Shown: piece after piece, positions 18,942 through 29,562 of the stretch | Layout of the letters: each line of letters opens with the position of its first letter | How positions within the stretch are numbered: position 1 is the first letter of the stretch | Assembly: GCA_964491115.1 (NCBI GenBank) | Contig: CAZBEW010000001.1 | Location: 62,936 to 126,935, forward strand | Source of the DNA: an uncultured Pseudomonadales bacterium | GTDB lineage: Bacteria > Patescibacteriota > Microgenomatia > UBA1400 > PJMF01 | Reading direction: 5' to 3' | Length of the DNA stretch: 64,000 nt | Notes under the pieces: generated by a model | Databases searched by the model: none | Seen by the model: only the letters and a program-made list of their open reading frames with translations | What the model was told of the DNA's origin: nothing | Translations under genes and position numbers: made by a program

Positions 18942-20357
18942 ATGAGTCAAAATTTCTACATTAGTACCACTTTACCTTATGTTAATGCTCCACCTCATAT
19001 TGGTTTTGCTTTAGAAATCATAGAGGCCGATATCATAGCTCGCTACCATCGGGAAATTCTTCATCAGCAAGTTGTTTTTAATACTGGCACCGATGAGCAT
19101 GGGCAAAAAGTATCCGAGAAAGCCAGACTACTCAAGCTTGAACCCCAGGATTATTGTGATCAACAGGTGAAAAATTTCCAAAATTTAAAAAAAATCCTGA
19201 ATTTAACTAACACTAATTTTATTCGCACCACAGACCCAGCACATCAAAGGGCTGCCCAAGAATTTTGGCGTCGTTGTCAAGCTAATGACGATATTTACAA
19301 GGCTAAATACAAAATAAAATATTGCGTAGGTTGTGAATTGGCCAAAACTAATAGCGAACTAGTCGACAATCATTGCCCATTACATCCCCATTTAGAACTA
19401 GAAATTAGAGAAGAAGAAAATTATTTTTTTAGATTTAGTCGTTATCAAAAAGATTTATTAAAACTTTATGCTCAACAAAAAGATTTTGTGAAACCAGCCA
19501 GTAGATTTAAAGAAATTTTAACTTTTGTGAACGCTGGCTTAGAAGATTTTAGTATTTCACGATTAAAAAAGAATATGGACTGGGGTGTTCCAGTGCCCGA
19601 TGACGATGACCATGTCATGTATGTGTGGTTTGATGCTTTAGTCAATTATATTTCCACTCTTGATTGGCTAGAAAAAACAGAAAATTTTCAGCGCTTTTGG
19701 CCAGCGGTGCAAGTCGCAGGTAAAGATAATTTGCGCCAACAAGCAGCCATGTGGCAAGCAATGTTGCTATCAGCTGGTCTCACTAATTCTCGACAAATTT
19801 TAATTAATGGTTTTATCGGCGTTAATGGACAAAAAATGAGTAAGTCCTTGGGAAATGTCATTACACCAGAGGAAATGATTGAGCGTTATGGAACTGATGC
19901 CAGTCGCTATTTACTAATTAAATTAGGCACTTTTGCTGAGGATATGGACGTTAGTTGGCAAAAATTTGATACTAGCTACAATGCCTTTTTGGCTAACGGC
20001 TTGGGAAATCTTTGTTCACGTTTAGCAAAAATGGCAAATTTACAACAGTTAAGCATCGATTATCAAGCACAACTGCCTAAACAATTTATTGAATATATGA
20101 ATTGCTATGATCTCACCTCGGCACTTAATTTTCTTGATGAGGGTTTAAAGGAAATAGATCAATATTTGTCTCAGGAAAAACCTTGGTTAAAAAATGGCCA
20201 GGAAAATGAACAAATTTTAAGTCGTGCCATCCAAAATCTATTAGATATTAATCTTGGTTTATCAATTTTTATGCCAGAAACTGCTCAAACAATTGCTCAA
20301 AAATTTACCCAAAAAAGCATTGTGCCTTTTGCCGAAGGATTGTTTAAAAGAATATAA
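18942..20357 (+). CDS. metG: methionine--tRNA ligase (short monomeric form)
   Basis: YVNAPPHIG, GTDEHGQK, YVWFDAL.NY, KMSKS. Confidence 0.97.
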   Translation: MSQNFYISTTLPYVNAPPHIGFALEIIEADIIARYHREILHQQVVFNTGTDEHGQKVSEKARLLKLEPQDYCDQQVKNFQNLKKILNLTNTNFIRTTDPAHQRAAQEFWRRCQANDDIYKAKYKIKYCVGCELAKTNSELVDNHCPLHPHLELEIREEENYFFRFSRYQKDLLKLYAQQKDFVKPASRFKEILTFVNAGLEDFSISRLKKNMDWGVPVPDDDDHVMYVWFDALVNYISTLDWLEKTENFQRFWPAVQVAGKDNLRQQAAMWQAMLLSAGLTNSRQILINGFIGVNGQKMSKSLGNVITPEEMIERYGTDASRYLLIKLGTFAEDMDVSWQKFDTSYNAFLANGLGNLCSRLAKMANLQQLSIDYQAQLPKQFIEYMNCYDLTSALNFLDEGLKEIDQYLSQEKPWLKNGQENEQILSRAIQNLLDINLGLSIFMPETAQTIAQKFTQKSIVPFAEGLFKRI

Positions 20358-20370
20358 TTTTGAAGAGCTT

Positions 20371-21243
20371 ATGCCAATTTTTGATACACACTGTCACTAC
20401 AATCTCGAACCTTTATATAGCGGACAAGCTCTGAATTTCAAAATCGATGATCAGGATCCAATTTTACAAAAAACTTGGCAAGACCACTGGCTCGAAGCCC
20501 AGCGACAAGGCATTAAAAAATCCCTAATACCTGGAGCTGGTTTAAGAAGTAGTCAGTTAGCTGTTGAAATTGCTAAAACTGATGCCAGTTTATATGCCAG
20601 TGTCGCCATTCATCCACTCCGAGCTGCTAAAATCGACCTAAGCACTGCTCTCGAAAGCATCAAAGAATTAAGTCAGGATGATGCTGTCATTGCCATTGGT
20701 GAAGCTGGTTTAGATTTTTTTCATTTTGACAAAGCAGCTGATTCATCAAGCATTAAACAAGAGAAACAAAAGCAAGAAGCACTATTTATCGCGCAAATCC
20801 AACTAGCTGTAGAAAATGATCTAACTTTAATTATCCACAGTCGAGATCAGGGTGAAGAAGCTTATTGGCGAATTTTAGAAATTTTAGAGGAACATTGGCC
20901 AGCCAAACAAAATGTTATCTTTCATTGTCTCTCTGGTCCCCTCGCTTACATTAAAAAAGCAATGCAAATTGATCACAGTTATTTTGGTTTTGACGGCAAT
21001 TTAACTTTTAAAAATGCTCAATATTTGCAAGAAATATTTCAGCTCTTTCAAAAACAAGCTCCAGAAAAAATTTTGTTAGAAACCGATGCTCCTTACTTGG
21101 CACCTGTGCCATTTCGAGGGCAAATTTGTCAACCAGCGATGATTGCTGAGTTGGCTAATTTTGTTAAAAATAATTTTCAAGCAAATTTAGAATTAATTTT
21201 TCAAAATTCTTTAAGAGCTTTTAATTTAGAAAGTGATGAATAA
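20371..21243 (+). CDS. tatD: TatD-family hydrolase
   Basis: DTHCH, IGEAGLD, IIHSR, LLETDAPYL; start moved to MPIFDTHCH. Confidence 0.93.
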   Translation: MPIFDTHCHYNLEPLYSGQALNFKIDDQDPILQKTWQDHWLEAQRQGIKKSLIPGAGLRSSQLAVEIAKTDASLYASVAIHPLRAAKIDLSTALESIKELSQDDAVIAIGEAGLDFFHFDKAADSSSIKQEKQKQEALFIAQIQLAVENDLTLIIHSRDQGEEAYWRILEILEEHWPAKQNVIFHCLSGPLAYIKKAMQIDHSYFGFDGNLTFKNAQYLQEIFQLFQKQAPEKILLETDAPYLAPVPFRGQICQPAMIAELANFVKNNFQANLELIFQNSLRAFNLESDE

Positions 21244-21246
21244 TCC

Positions 21247-22767
21247 ATGATTAAAGAATATTTTCAACGCCATCCAATCCGCACTAAGAGAGCTTTAGAA
21301 ATTTTACCAGGATTAGTTTCTTGGTCTTTAATATTGTTCCCAATTTGGGGGTCGTTTCTTGTGCCCAAGTTTGTGGCTTATTACGTCATTGTTTTTGCCG
21401 TTTATTGGCTTTATCGTTCAGTTAATTTAGCAATATTTGCTGGTATCGCTCAAAAAAAAGTACAAAAAAACTCTAAAAATGATATTTTGCCCACATTAAA
21501 AAAACAATTTCCCAAGCGCTGGCAAGAAATTCATCATGTAGTTATTATTCCCACTTTCCAAGAGCCACTGGAAACACTGGAAAAGACCATCACCGGACTA
21601 AGCAAACAAACTTATCCAAGAAAGAACATCCATATTATGCTTTCTTTTGAAGAAAGAGAGGGTAAAGAAGCTGATCAAAAAGCAGCCTTGCTCCAAAAAA
21701 AGTTTGGCAAAACTTTTGGCCACCTCTGGTCTACCAAGCATCCTGATATTGATGGAGAAATTAAAGGCAAATCTTCGAACACTGCTTGGGGAGCTAAAAA
21801 AGCTAAGCAATTATTAGTTGATCAAGACGGTATCAAAATTGAAAATTGTACTATTACCAGTGAAGATGCTGATGCGGTTTTACATCCTTTTTATTTTTCT
21901 TACCTCACCTATAGCTTTTTAACAGATCCAAAACCGCACAATAAGAGCTGGCAAGCCGCCATTTCTTTTTATAATAATATTTGGCAAGTGCCCGCTCCGA
22001 TTCGCGTGTTAGCTGCCACTCAATCTGTTGCTCAAATTCATATCTTAGCTAGCCGCGATCGTTTAATAAATTTTTCTACCTATTCAGTTTCTCTTAAACA
22101 TGTTGATGAGATTGGCTATTGGGATACTGATGTGATCCCAGAAGACTATCGCTTATTTTTTAAATCTTATTTTGCCAAGCAGGGTGATTTTGACGTTGAA
22201 CCAATTTTCTTGCCAATTTATGCTGACGCAGCTCAATCAACTGGCTTTTGGGCAACCATGCTCAATCAATATGAACAAATGAAGCGTTGGGCTTGGGGAG
22301 TCAGTGACGACCAATATATTATTCGCCATTATGTTTTAGACAATAAAATACCCTTCATTGATAAAACTTTGCGAGTCATGAAAGTCATTGAAGATCATTT
22401 TTTATGGCCAGTTAATTGGTTTGCTATCACTGTATCGGCGATGATGCCTCCTTTGCTCAATGACCAATTCAGTCGAACAATTATTGGCAAAACTCTACCT
22501 CAGGTGTCTTCAACCCTACTCACTTTATCCATGGTTTCTATGTTATCTATGTTTTTTATTGATGCTAAAAATAGACCCCCCCGACCAAAGAAAAACTTTT
22601 GGTCCTATCTTGCGCAACCTCTAGAATTTCTATTGATTCCTGTAGTTGGTTTCTTTTTCGGCGCATTGCCTGGTATAGATGCTCACACCCGTTTAATGTT
22701 TGGTAAATATTTAGAATACCGAGTGACTGAAAAAGTCGCTAACCCAACTCAAGAGAATAAGCAGTAA
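21247..22767 (+). CDS. membrane-bound GT2 glycosyltransferase, processive-synthase type
   Basis: IIPTFQE, KGKSSN, DAD, PEDY, QMKRW (D,D,D,QxxRW); flanking TM helices. Confidence 0.88.
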   Translation: MIKEYFQRHPIRTKRALEILPGLVSWSLILFPIWGSFLVPKFVAYYVIVFAVYWLYRSVNLAIFAGIAQKKVQKNSKNDILPTLKKQFPKRWQEIHHVVIIPTFQEPLETLEKTITGLSKQTYPRKNIHIMLSFEEREGKEADQKAALLQKKFGKTFGHLWSTKHPDIDGEIKGKSSNTAWGAKKAKQLLVDQDGIKIENCTITSEDADAVLHPFYFSYLTYSFLTDPKPHNKSWQAAISFYNNIWQVPAPIRVLAATQSVAQIHILASRDRLINFSTYSVSLKHVDEIGYWDTDVIPEDYRLFFKSYFAKQGDFDVEPIFLPIYADAAQSTGFWATMLNQYEQMKRWAWGVSDDQYIIRHYVLDNKIPFIDKTLRVMKVIEDHFLWPVNWFAITVSAMMPPLLNDQFSRTIIGKTLPQVSSTLLTLSMVSMLSMFFIDAKNRPPRPKKNFWSYLAQPLEFLLIPVVGFFFGALPGIDAHTRLMFGKYLEYRVTEKVANPTQENKQ

Positions 22768-22811
22768 ATGCCTCTTGCGCTCTTGATGTTTTTCCAGATA
22801 AAATGAAGTAT

Positions 22812-24398
22812 ATGTCAATTCTTAAAGTTTTAAAAAAAATCGATGTTTTTCTAGACAAACATACCGCACTATTCCTCAATTTATTTTTACTAGTTGTGCT
22901 GAGAATTCCCAATTTTTTTGAACCCTATTGGTATGGCGATGAAGCCATTTATTTAAGTGTTGGTAACGCCCTCAATCAGGGTGGCAAGCTTTATACGACC
23001 ATTATTGATCATAAAACACCACTTATTTATCAATTTGCTAGAGTGCCTAATCAGTTTTATTTTCGACTTTTAAACTTAGGCTGGATGTTGGTGGCAACCA
23101 CTTTTTTCTACTTATTTGCCAAAAAATTATTTAAAAAAGAGCTGCCAAGCTTCTTTGCCACCCTAATTATGGTCTTACTCACCTCTTTACCTTGGTTGGA
23201 GGGAAATATTCCTAATGGAGAACTGTTTGTCTTGGGTTTTGTTATTGTTGGCGCTTTTTTGTTTAGTAAAACTCAGGTCTGGAAAAACTTTTTCACTAAG
23301 CAAATTGAATACCCCAAAAAAAGCATCAAAGAAAGCTTATTACTCTTTTTTGCTGGGTCTTTATTTTCCTTGGGTATCTTAACTAAAGTTCCAGCGCTCT
23401 TAGATTTAGTGCCTTTTTTAGCCATCTTTGGCTTATTACTTTTTGAAGAAATAATCAAAGTCAACAATAAATTTAAAGACTGGAAGAAAATTTTTCAACA
23501 CTTATTGTGGAGGGCTTTGATCTTTGCAGCAGGAGTAGCGCTACCAATCTTAATTTCAATAATTTACTATCAGCTAATTGGCTCTGGAAAAGATTATTTA
23601 GATTATGGCTTGCTTTACAATTTGCGCTACAGTCAATCTTGGCAACTAGATTTTAATTCAGCCTTCGTTAATTTTTCTTTTTCCTTAATTGGCAAAACAC
23701 TGTATTTCTTTTCATTTTTAATCTTGATAGCACTCAATACCAAAGAACTAAGTAAACGCTTTCAGTTTTTAAGTATTTGGTTTGTTGCCACCCTTTATGC
23801 CACTTTGTTGTCTAATCGCCCCTATCCACATTATTTTATTCAAATGATGGCCCCACTTTCCTTACTAATCGTGGAATTGGTTAGTCAATTAAGTAAAAAA
23901 GGCCAAGCGATTAAAAAGAATTATAAAAGCATCTCTACCGGTTTTGCTCTCATCGCCTTAAGCATTTTTGTGATGCTGAGCCTAGGTTTTAAACCTTATC
24001 CGGTCGCTCAATACTATAGGCAATTTTGGCAGATGCTCAGTGGTAAAATTACTAAACAAGAATATGACTTTTCATTTAATAATTTAATGGAAGATAACCA
24101 AAAAATCACCACTTTAATTGATGAATTGGGTTTAGAAAAAATCTTTATTTGGGGCAACAATGCGATGCTCTACGCTCAAAGTAAAACTGTGCCAACCTCA
24201 AGATTTACTGTCGCTTTTCATATTAAAGATTTTGATGATTACGAACGGACTTTGGATCAGGTTAAAGCTGAGGAGCCAAAATTAATCGTAGTGATGAAAC
24301 AAGATCAAGATTCTTTTCCTCAACTCAATTTGTATCTGAAAGAAAACTATTTGGTTAATTCTCAATTTGACCACATGAATCTTTATCTTAAAAAATAA
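22812..24398 (+). CDS. GT-C fold glycosyltransferase (ArnT/PMT-like)
   Basis: YGDEAIY, DHKTPLIY, many TM helices, YPHYFIQ; second Met preferred (TAAAAT 7 nt upstream), alternative start 22803. Confidence 0.85.
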   Translation: MSILKVLKKIDVFLDKHTALFLNLFLLVVLRIPNFFEPYWYGDEAIYLSVGNALNQGGKLYTTIIDHKTPLIYQFARVPNQFYFRLLNLGWMLVATTFFYLFAKKLFKKELPSFFATLIMVLLTSLPWLEGNIPNGELFVLGFVIVGAFLFSKTQVWKNFFTKQIEYPKKSIKESLLLFFAGSLFSLGILTKVPALLDLVPFLAIFGLLLFEEIIKVNNKFKDWKKIFQHLLWRALIFAAGVALPILISIIYYQLIGSGKDYLDYGLLYNLRYSQSWQLDFNSAFVNFSFSLIGKTLYFFSFLILIALNTKELSKRFQFLSIWFVATLYATLLSNRPYPHYFIQMMAPLSLLIVELVSQLSKKGQAIKKNYKSISTGFALIALSIFVMLSLGFKPYPVAQYYRQFWQMLSGKITKQEYDFSFNNLMEDNQKITTLIDELGLEKIFIWGNNAMLYAQSKTVPTSRFTVAFHIKDFDDYERTLDQVKAEEPKLIVVMKQDQDSFPQLNLYLKENYLVNSQFDHMNLYLKK

Positions 24399-24431
24399 TA
24401 ATTTTTTTAATATTTAGTTTATAATGGGCTT

Positions 24432-24815
24432 ATGGATGCTAGTTTTATTGATTCATCTAGACGAAAAAAAGAGTTTAAATATCTAACTTTTTTACCAAAA
24501 AAATTACGTCAGATTGCGCTGGTAATGCTGGTGCTAAACGCTTTGAGCATCATCATCGTCTTAATCTTTTTTTCCTCTTTACAAAAGGAAATTCCCTTAT
24601 TTTATTCCCTGCCAGAGTTACAACAATTAAGCAAAAAAGAAACAATTTTTATCTTGCCAGGACTAGCTTCGATCATTACAGCCGCTCATTTTTTAATAGT
24701 CAAACATTTTAAAGATGCCCACCCAACAATTCTGCATGTTTTTTTGTTAAGCAGTCTGGCTCTCCAAATATTAATTTTAGCCATTATATTAAGATTGCTT
24801 ATTATTTTGCATTAA
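24432..24815 (+). CDS. small membrane protein (DUF1648-like)
   Basis: TM-EIPLFYSLP-TM-TM architecture. Confidence 0.7.
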   Translation: MDASFIDSSRRKKEFKYLTFLPKKLRQIALVMLVLNALSIIIVLIFFSSLQKEIPLFYSLPELQQLSKKETIFILPGLASIITAAHFLIVKHFKDAHPTILHVFLLSSLALQILILAIILRLLIILH

Positions 24816-24818
24816 ACT

Positions 24819-25865
24819 ATGTGGTCATTAATTATTAGTTTTATTATCAGTCTTAGTATTACTCCACTCATTATTAAGTTATATAAAAAACACAACTGGC
24901 TTGATGATCCAGCAAAAAATCATCATGCCAAAGTTACTCATTCCAAAAGCGTCCCCAGAGGAGGTGGCTTAGTTATTTTTTTGGCTGTGCTAATTACTTC
25001 AATTTTTTTTCTCAAATTTGATCGCTATTTAATTGCTATTTTCTTGGGAAGCATTGTCCTCAGTGTTGTGGGGGTTCTTGATGATATTTATGATCTTAGT
25101 CCATATTGGCGCTTGCTAAGTGGCTTGTTGGCCTCCCTAATTGTGGTTGGAGCGGGTATTGGCATCGCCTATGTGAGTAATCCTCTAGGCCCAGGGGTAA
25201 TTCACCTAGATCAACCTCAATTACAATTTTATTTATTTGGTGAACAGAGAAGTATCTGGATCCTGTCTAGTCTCTTTGCAGTCTTTTTTATTATGTGGAA
25301 TATGAATATTATTAATTGGTCAAAAGGTGTTGATGGGCAATTGCCTGGATTTGTAACAGTCGCCTGTCTCTTTATCGCTGTTTTAGCTAATAGTTTTCAT
25401 GATGCGCCCAGTCAATTTAATGTTGCTCATTTAGCTTTAATTGTCGCTGGAGCTTATGCTGGCTTATTTTGTTGGAATTTTTATCCACAAAAAATTATGC
25501 CTGGATATGGCGGTGGCTCTTTAGCTGGATATTTTTTAAGTGTCTTGGCAATATTGTCAGGAGCCAAAGTTGCTACCACTCTCATGGTTTTAGCTATTCC
25601 CACTGCCGATGGGGTTTTCTCTATTTTAAGAAGAATTCTGGCTGGAAAATCACCCTTTTGGGGCGATCGTGGTCACTTACATCATAAATTAATTGATAAT
25701 TTTGGTTGGGGTAAAAGGCGAATTAGTATTTTTTATATTTTTACTAGTTTTGTCCTAGGTTTTCTATCATTATTTTTAGATACAAATGGTAAAATTATTT
25801 CAATTATTATTGTCAGCTTATTTGTTTTTGCTTTTTTGATTTATAATAAGTTAAAGAAATCATGA
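24819..25865 (+). CDS. polyprenyl-phosphate GlcNAc-1-phosphate transferase (WecA/TagO, MraY family)
   Basis: DDP, VPRGGG, GVLDD, N...GVDG, WNFYP.KI.PG, DRGHLHH. Confidence 0.92.
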   Translation: MWSLIISFIISLSITPLIIKLYKKHNWLDDPAKNHHAKVTHSKSVPRGGGLVIFLAVLITSIFFLKFDRYLIAIFLGSIVLSVVGVLDDIYDLSPYWRLLSGLLASLIVVGAGIGIAYVSNPLGPGVIHLDQPQLQFYLFGEQRSIWILSSLFAVFFIMWNMNIINWSKGVDGQLPGFVTVACLFIAVLANSFHDAPSQFNVAHLALIVAGAYAGLFCWNFYPQKIMPGYGGGSLAGYFLSVLAILSGAKVATTLMVLAIPTADGVFSILRRILAGKSPFWGDRGHLHHKLIDNFGWGKRRISIFYIFTSFVLGFLSLFLDTNGKIISIIIVSLFVFAFLIYNKLKKS

Positions 25866-26824
25866 AAAACATTGCTAATCAGCTTTTTTTGTTGATTAAA
25901 ACTGCCCGCCCAAAACAATGGATAAAGAATTTAGCTATTTACGCCTCTTTAATTTTTTCTGGATTTTTCTTTTTCAAACCTGTTGACGGTTATCCCTATT
26001 TTTATTCGGTGACTTACGCTTTCATCATTTTTTGTTTATTAACCAGTAGTACTTACATCATGAACGACCTGATTGATATTAAAGCTGATCGCAAACATCC
26101 CTTCAAAAAATACCGACCACTTGCCTCTGGAAAACTGTCAATTCCTGTGGCTATTTTTACCATTATCCTGTGTTTAGCTCTGGTTGTTTGGCTAAGTTGG
26201 CCTTTGCCTCTCGTGTTTAAACTTTTAATTTTTACTTACCTAATTCTGCAAATATTTTATTCACTCTACCTCAAACAAATTGCGATTTTAGACATTATTT
26301 CTATTGCCGGTGGTTTCCTAATTCGAGTCTATGCTGGAGCGGTGGTGGTCAATCTGCACATGAGCGTCTGGTTTTTATTAACCGTCATTTCCATGTCCTT
26401 ATTTATGGCTGTTGGTAAGAGACAAAGCGAACGCACCTTGATGACTGAACACAAGTTATCTTTTGTCAGAAAAAGTTTAGACACTTATAGCACGCGCCTT
26501 TTAGACCAATACACCAGTATTTTTGCTACCTCAACTTGGATCACCTATGCTCTCTTTGCTTTTCAAAATTCTCCCGGAGATGGTTTAAATTTGCTTTACG
26601 AACACTTCCCCAACTTGGCCATTGATTTGCCTCGCACCTTACAATCACAAAAACTACTCATGCTCACTCTCCCTTTTGTCATTTTTGGCATCATGCGCTA
26701 TTTACAGTTAGTCTATGAAGAAAATCGCGGTGAAGCTCCGGTGGATGTCTTACTCAAGGATAAAACTTTGTTAAGCACAGTTTTCCTGTGGTTTCTTGGG
26801 GTGATGTTTGTAATATACGCTTAA
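25862..26824 (+). CDS. UbiA-family decaprenyl-phosphate phosphoribosyltransferase-like protein
   Basis: RPKQWIKN, YIMNDLID...DRKHP.K..RPLASG, GKRQSE, FGIMRY. Confidence 0.88.
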   Translation: MKNIANQLFLLIKTARPKQWIKNLAIYASLIFSGFFFFKPVDGYPYFYSVTYAFIIFCLLTSSTYIMNDLIDIKADRKHPFKKYRPLASGKLSIPVAIFTIILCLALVVWLSWPLPLVFKLLIFTYLILQIFYSLYLKQIAILDIISIAGGFLIRVYAGAVVVNLHMSVWFLLTVISMSLFMAVGKRQSERTLMTEHKLSFVRKSLDTYSTRLLDQYTSIFATSTWITYALFAFQNSPGDGLNLLYEHFPNLAIDLPRTLQSQKLLMLTLPFVIFGIMRYLQLVYEENRGEAPVDVLLKDKTLLSTVFLWFLGVMFVIYA

Positions 26825-27399
26825 GCAAGATTCTCATTAATAAAGTTGATCAACAGGTCTATTGGCAAACCATGAGTAAAGGCAGTCAAATTACCTCGTG
26901 ACCAAGCTAATAAGGCCATTCCAGCGTCATAGGCAGGGCAAAAAGCAGCAGACCAGCTTAAAACTGGCTGATGAGCTAAATAATGCTCAATTTCAGCTGA
27001 AGATAGTTGACGAAAACGTGCTCTTGTTAAAACACTAGCATTTTTCACAATCTGCCCCTGAGGACTTTGATAAATAAAAGCATAACCAGTAATTGCTTGA
27101 ATTTGCCGATTATTTTGCAATTCTAGCATTTCTCTAGCTTGAGCTTTAGTTTTTGGCTTTTCTAAAATTTTTCCTTGACAGACACAAAAGGTGTCTGCAG
27201 CCACAATAATTGCCTCACCCTTGATTGTCTTGGCTACTTCTAAAGCTTTGGCTAAAGCAATTTTTTGAGCCTTCTGGCGTTGATTTTTGAAACTTATGCT
27301 TGATTCATCAATATTAGCTGGGATAATTTTAAAGGAATAAGGCAAAGTTGCCAAAAGCTTGGCCCGCTGTGGCGATTGAGATGCTAAAATGAATTGCAT
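26821..27399 (-). CDS. maf: Maf-family nucleotide pyrophosphatase
   Basis: ILASQSPQR, IDES, AADT, ILEKP; start moved to MQFILAS. Confidence 0.88.
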   Translation of the reverse strand: MQFILASQSPQRAKLLATLPYSFKIIPANIDESSISFKNQRQKAQKIALAKALEVAKTIKGEAIIVAADTFCVCQGKILEKPKTKAQAREMLELQNNRQIQAITGYAFIYQSPQGQIVKNASVLTRARFRQLSSAEIEHYLAHQPVLSWSAAFCPAYDAGMALLAWSRGNLTAFTHGLPIDLLINFINENLA

Positions 27400-27439
27400 A
27401 AACTTAACAAGTATACAAAAATATGTTACAAAGAAAAAT

Positions 27440-28315
27440 ATGAAAATTACTAAAGCACTTATTACATCGGCAGGCTTTGGCACCAGATTTTTGCCAATCA
27501 GTAAAACCATTCAAAAAGAAATGCTGCCAATCCTCGATCGACCGCTAATTGATTATGTCGTTGAAGATTGTGTCAAAGCTAACATTACCGACATTATTTT
27601 CGTCGTGAACGAACACAATTATCAGGTGCTTCATTATTATCGAGAAAATGAAAGATTACATCAATATTTAAAGAAAAATAATAAATTAGCACTTTATGAT
27701 CACATTAAAAATATCCATCAGCAAGCTAATTTTCATTTTGTAAAACAAAGTGATGAGGATGACTATGGCACCGCTGTTCCAGTTAGATTAGCTAAAGAAT
27801 ATCTAAAAGATGAAGAAGCTTTTTTAGTCCTCATGGGCGATGATTTTATTTATAACCACGGTCAAGGCAGTGAAGTTGGCGCAATGATCGATACTTTTAA
27901 CAAATCTGGAGCTAAGGGCTTGGTCACTTGCATAGAAAAACCAGATGAATTGCTCCAGCGCTATGGAGTTGCCGCTTTCAACAAAGAAAGCGACTTTCTT
28001 TATCTAAAAGCCTTGGTTGAAAAACCTCAGCCAGGCACAGCTCCATCAAACTTGGCAAATATTAGTAAATATATCTTTCCTCAAAGCGTTTTTGATCTCA
28101 TTGATGTGCAACAGCCCAATCCTCAATCTGGTGAACTTTATATTACCGATACCATCAGTCAATTAGCCTTGACCGATAAAGTGGTCATTCATCAGCCGAG
28201 TGGTGAATATTTAGATGGAGGTTATCCCCTGGGCTGGTTATTGGCCAATTTAACCCTGGCTAAAGATCGTCCTGAAATTTGGCAGGAAGTTCAAAAATTC
28301 GTCGAACAAAAATAA
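27440..28315 (+). CDS. galU: UTP--glucose-1-phosphate uridylyltransferase
   Basis: AGFGTRFLP..K...KEMLP, MGDD, VEKP, GELYITD; start moved to MKITKAL. Confidence 0.9.
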   Translation: MKITKALITSAGFGTRFLPISKTIQKEMLPILDRPLIDYVVEDCVKANITDIIFVVNEHNYQVLHYYRENERLHQYLKKNNKLALYDHIKNIHQQANFHFVKQSDEDDYGTAVPVRLAKEYLKDEEAFLVLMGDDFIYNHGQGSEVGAMIDTFNKSGAKGLVTCIEKPDELLQRYGVAAFNKESDFLYLKALVEKPQPGTAPSNLANISKYIFPQSVFDLIDVQQPNPQSGELYITDTISQLALTDKVVIHQPSGEYLDGGYPLGWLLANLTLAKDRPEIWQEVQKFVEQK

Positions 28316-28335
28316 GCAGTGCCAGTAATTCCTGG

Positions 28336-28385
28336 CAATTTCACACAATTTCACACAATTTCACACGGTTTCACGAAATTTCACG
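28336..28385. repeat. 10-bp intergenic tandem repeat (5 units)
   Basis: caatttcaca x3, cggtttcacg, aaatttcacg; between convergent galU and trxB, just after a tgccag/ctggca hairpin. Confidence 0.85.
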
Positions 28386-28413
28386 CAGTTTTAAGCATCT
28401 CTGAAACTAATTG

Positions 28414-29490
28414 TTAAGCCTGATCTGACATTTCCAACCAACGCTCAATATCAATAGCGGCCATCGCTCCAGAGCCAGCTGCCACCACTGCTTGACGATA
28501 AAGACTATCAGTCACATCACCAGCGGCAAAGACGCCAGGAACAGAAGTCATTGTTGGAAAATAATTTTCTGCGGCTGCATTTTCTTCTTGATTTAATTCC
28601 ATAAGTGCTTGAGCATTACCAAATTGTTTGGTGGTGATATAGCCTTGTTCCTTGGTTTTTACTTGATCGAGAAAGATAGTGCTGTTGGGTCGATAGCCAA
28701 CTGCCACAAATACCCCATCAGCGTTCAACTCAGTTTCTTTTCCTTCTTGGAGAAGTTTGAGTCCAGTCACCCGTTGGCCATCACCCAAGATTTCTTTAAG
28801 CTCGGTATTCCACAAAATTTTAATTTTTTTATCATTTAAGACACGCTCTTGCAAGGTTTTGCAGGCACGAAGTTTATCTCGACGATGGATAAGAAAAACC
28901 TGATCAGAAAATTTAGTGAGCGCCAGAGCATCTCCCAAAGCACTGTCGCCACCCCCAACCACAACAACTTTTTTATCTCGATAAAAAGCTCCATCACAAA
29001 CCGCACAAAAACCAACGCCTTTACCCATGTATTCTTTTTCTCCAGGAACAGCCAGTTTCAGATGTTCAGCACCCGTACTAATTAAGACGGCTTGGGCTGC
29101 ATAATCAGCCTCCTTGCTATTTCTTATCAACTCTATTGTCTGGGCTAATTCTTCTGGAGACATATTTTTGATGTCTTCATAATTCACATTTTCTGGCAAA
29201 GAAGTCCACAAACGAAAAGGACGCTGACTAAAATCAACTGCTGTAATTTGCTCATGGCGAAGATCCGCACCAAATTTAGCAACCTGTTTTTGCAAGTCTA
29301 AGATAAATTGAGGACCGGGCACGCCATCAGGAAAGCCTGGAAAATTATCAACACTTCTGGTGAACATTAATTGACCGCCCACACTTAAACCACTAAATAA
29401 GACCGGCTTTAATAAAGCTCGCCCTAAATAAATGCCCGCAGTATAACCCGCTGGACCAGAACCAATTACTGCCACTGATATGTTTTGCAT
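28414..29490 (-). CDS. trxB: thioredoxin-disulfide reductase
   Basis: IGSGPAG, CAVCDG, GGGDSA, HRRD, FAAGDV; start moved to MQNISV. Confidence 0.95.
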   Translation of the reverse strand: MQNISVAVIGSGPAGYTAGIYLGRALLKPVLFSGLSVGGQLMFTRSVDNFPGFPDGVPGPQFILDLQKQVAKFGADLRHEQITAVDFSQRPFRLWTSLPENVNYEDIKNMSPEELAQTIELIRNSKEADYAAQAVLISTGAEHLKLAVPGEKEYMGKGVGFCAVCDGAFYRDKKVVVVGGGDSALGDALALTKFSDQVFLIHRRDKLRACKTLQERVLNDKKIKILWNTELKEILGDGQRVTGLKLLQEGKETELNADGVFVAVGYRPNSTIFLDQVKTKEQGYITTKQFGNAQALMELNQEENAAAENYFPTMTSVPGVFAAGDVTDSLYRQAVVAAGSGAMAAIDIERWLEMSDQA

Positions 29491-29562
29491 AAAATAATCC
29501 TCTATACCGATTTTAGCTAGCTTTATAGCCAAGCTAGATTTATATTTTAACTAGATTTGCAT

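Noticed and set aside
28336-28385. Repeats here and at 55297 and 60016 as CRISPR arrays or iterons
   Set aside because: Units are 10-21 bp, contiguous, without unique spacers; no cas or rep gene in the window
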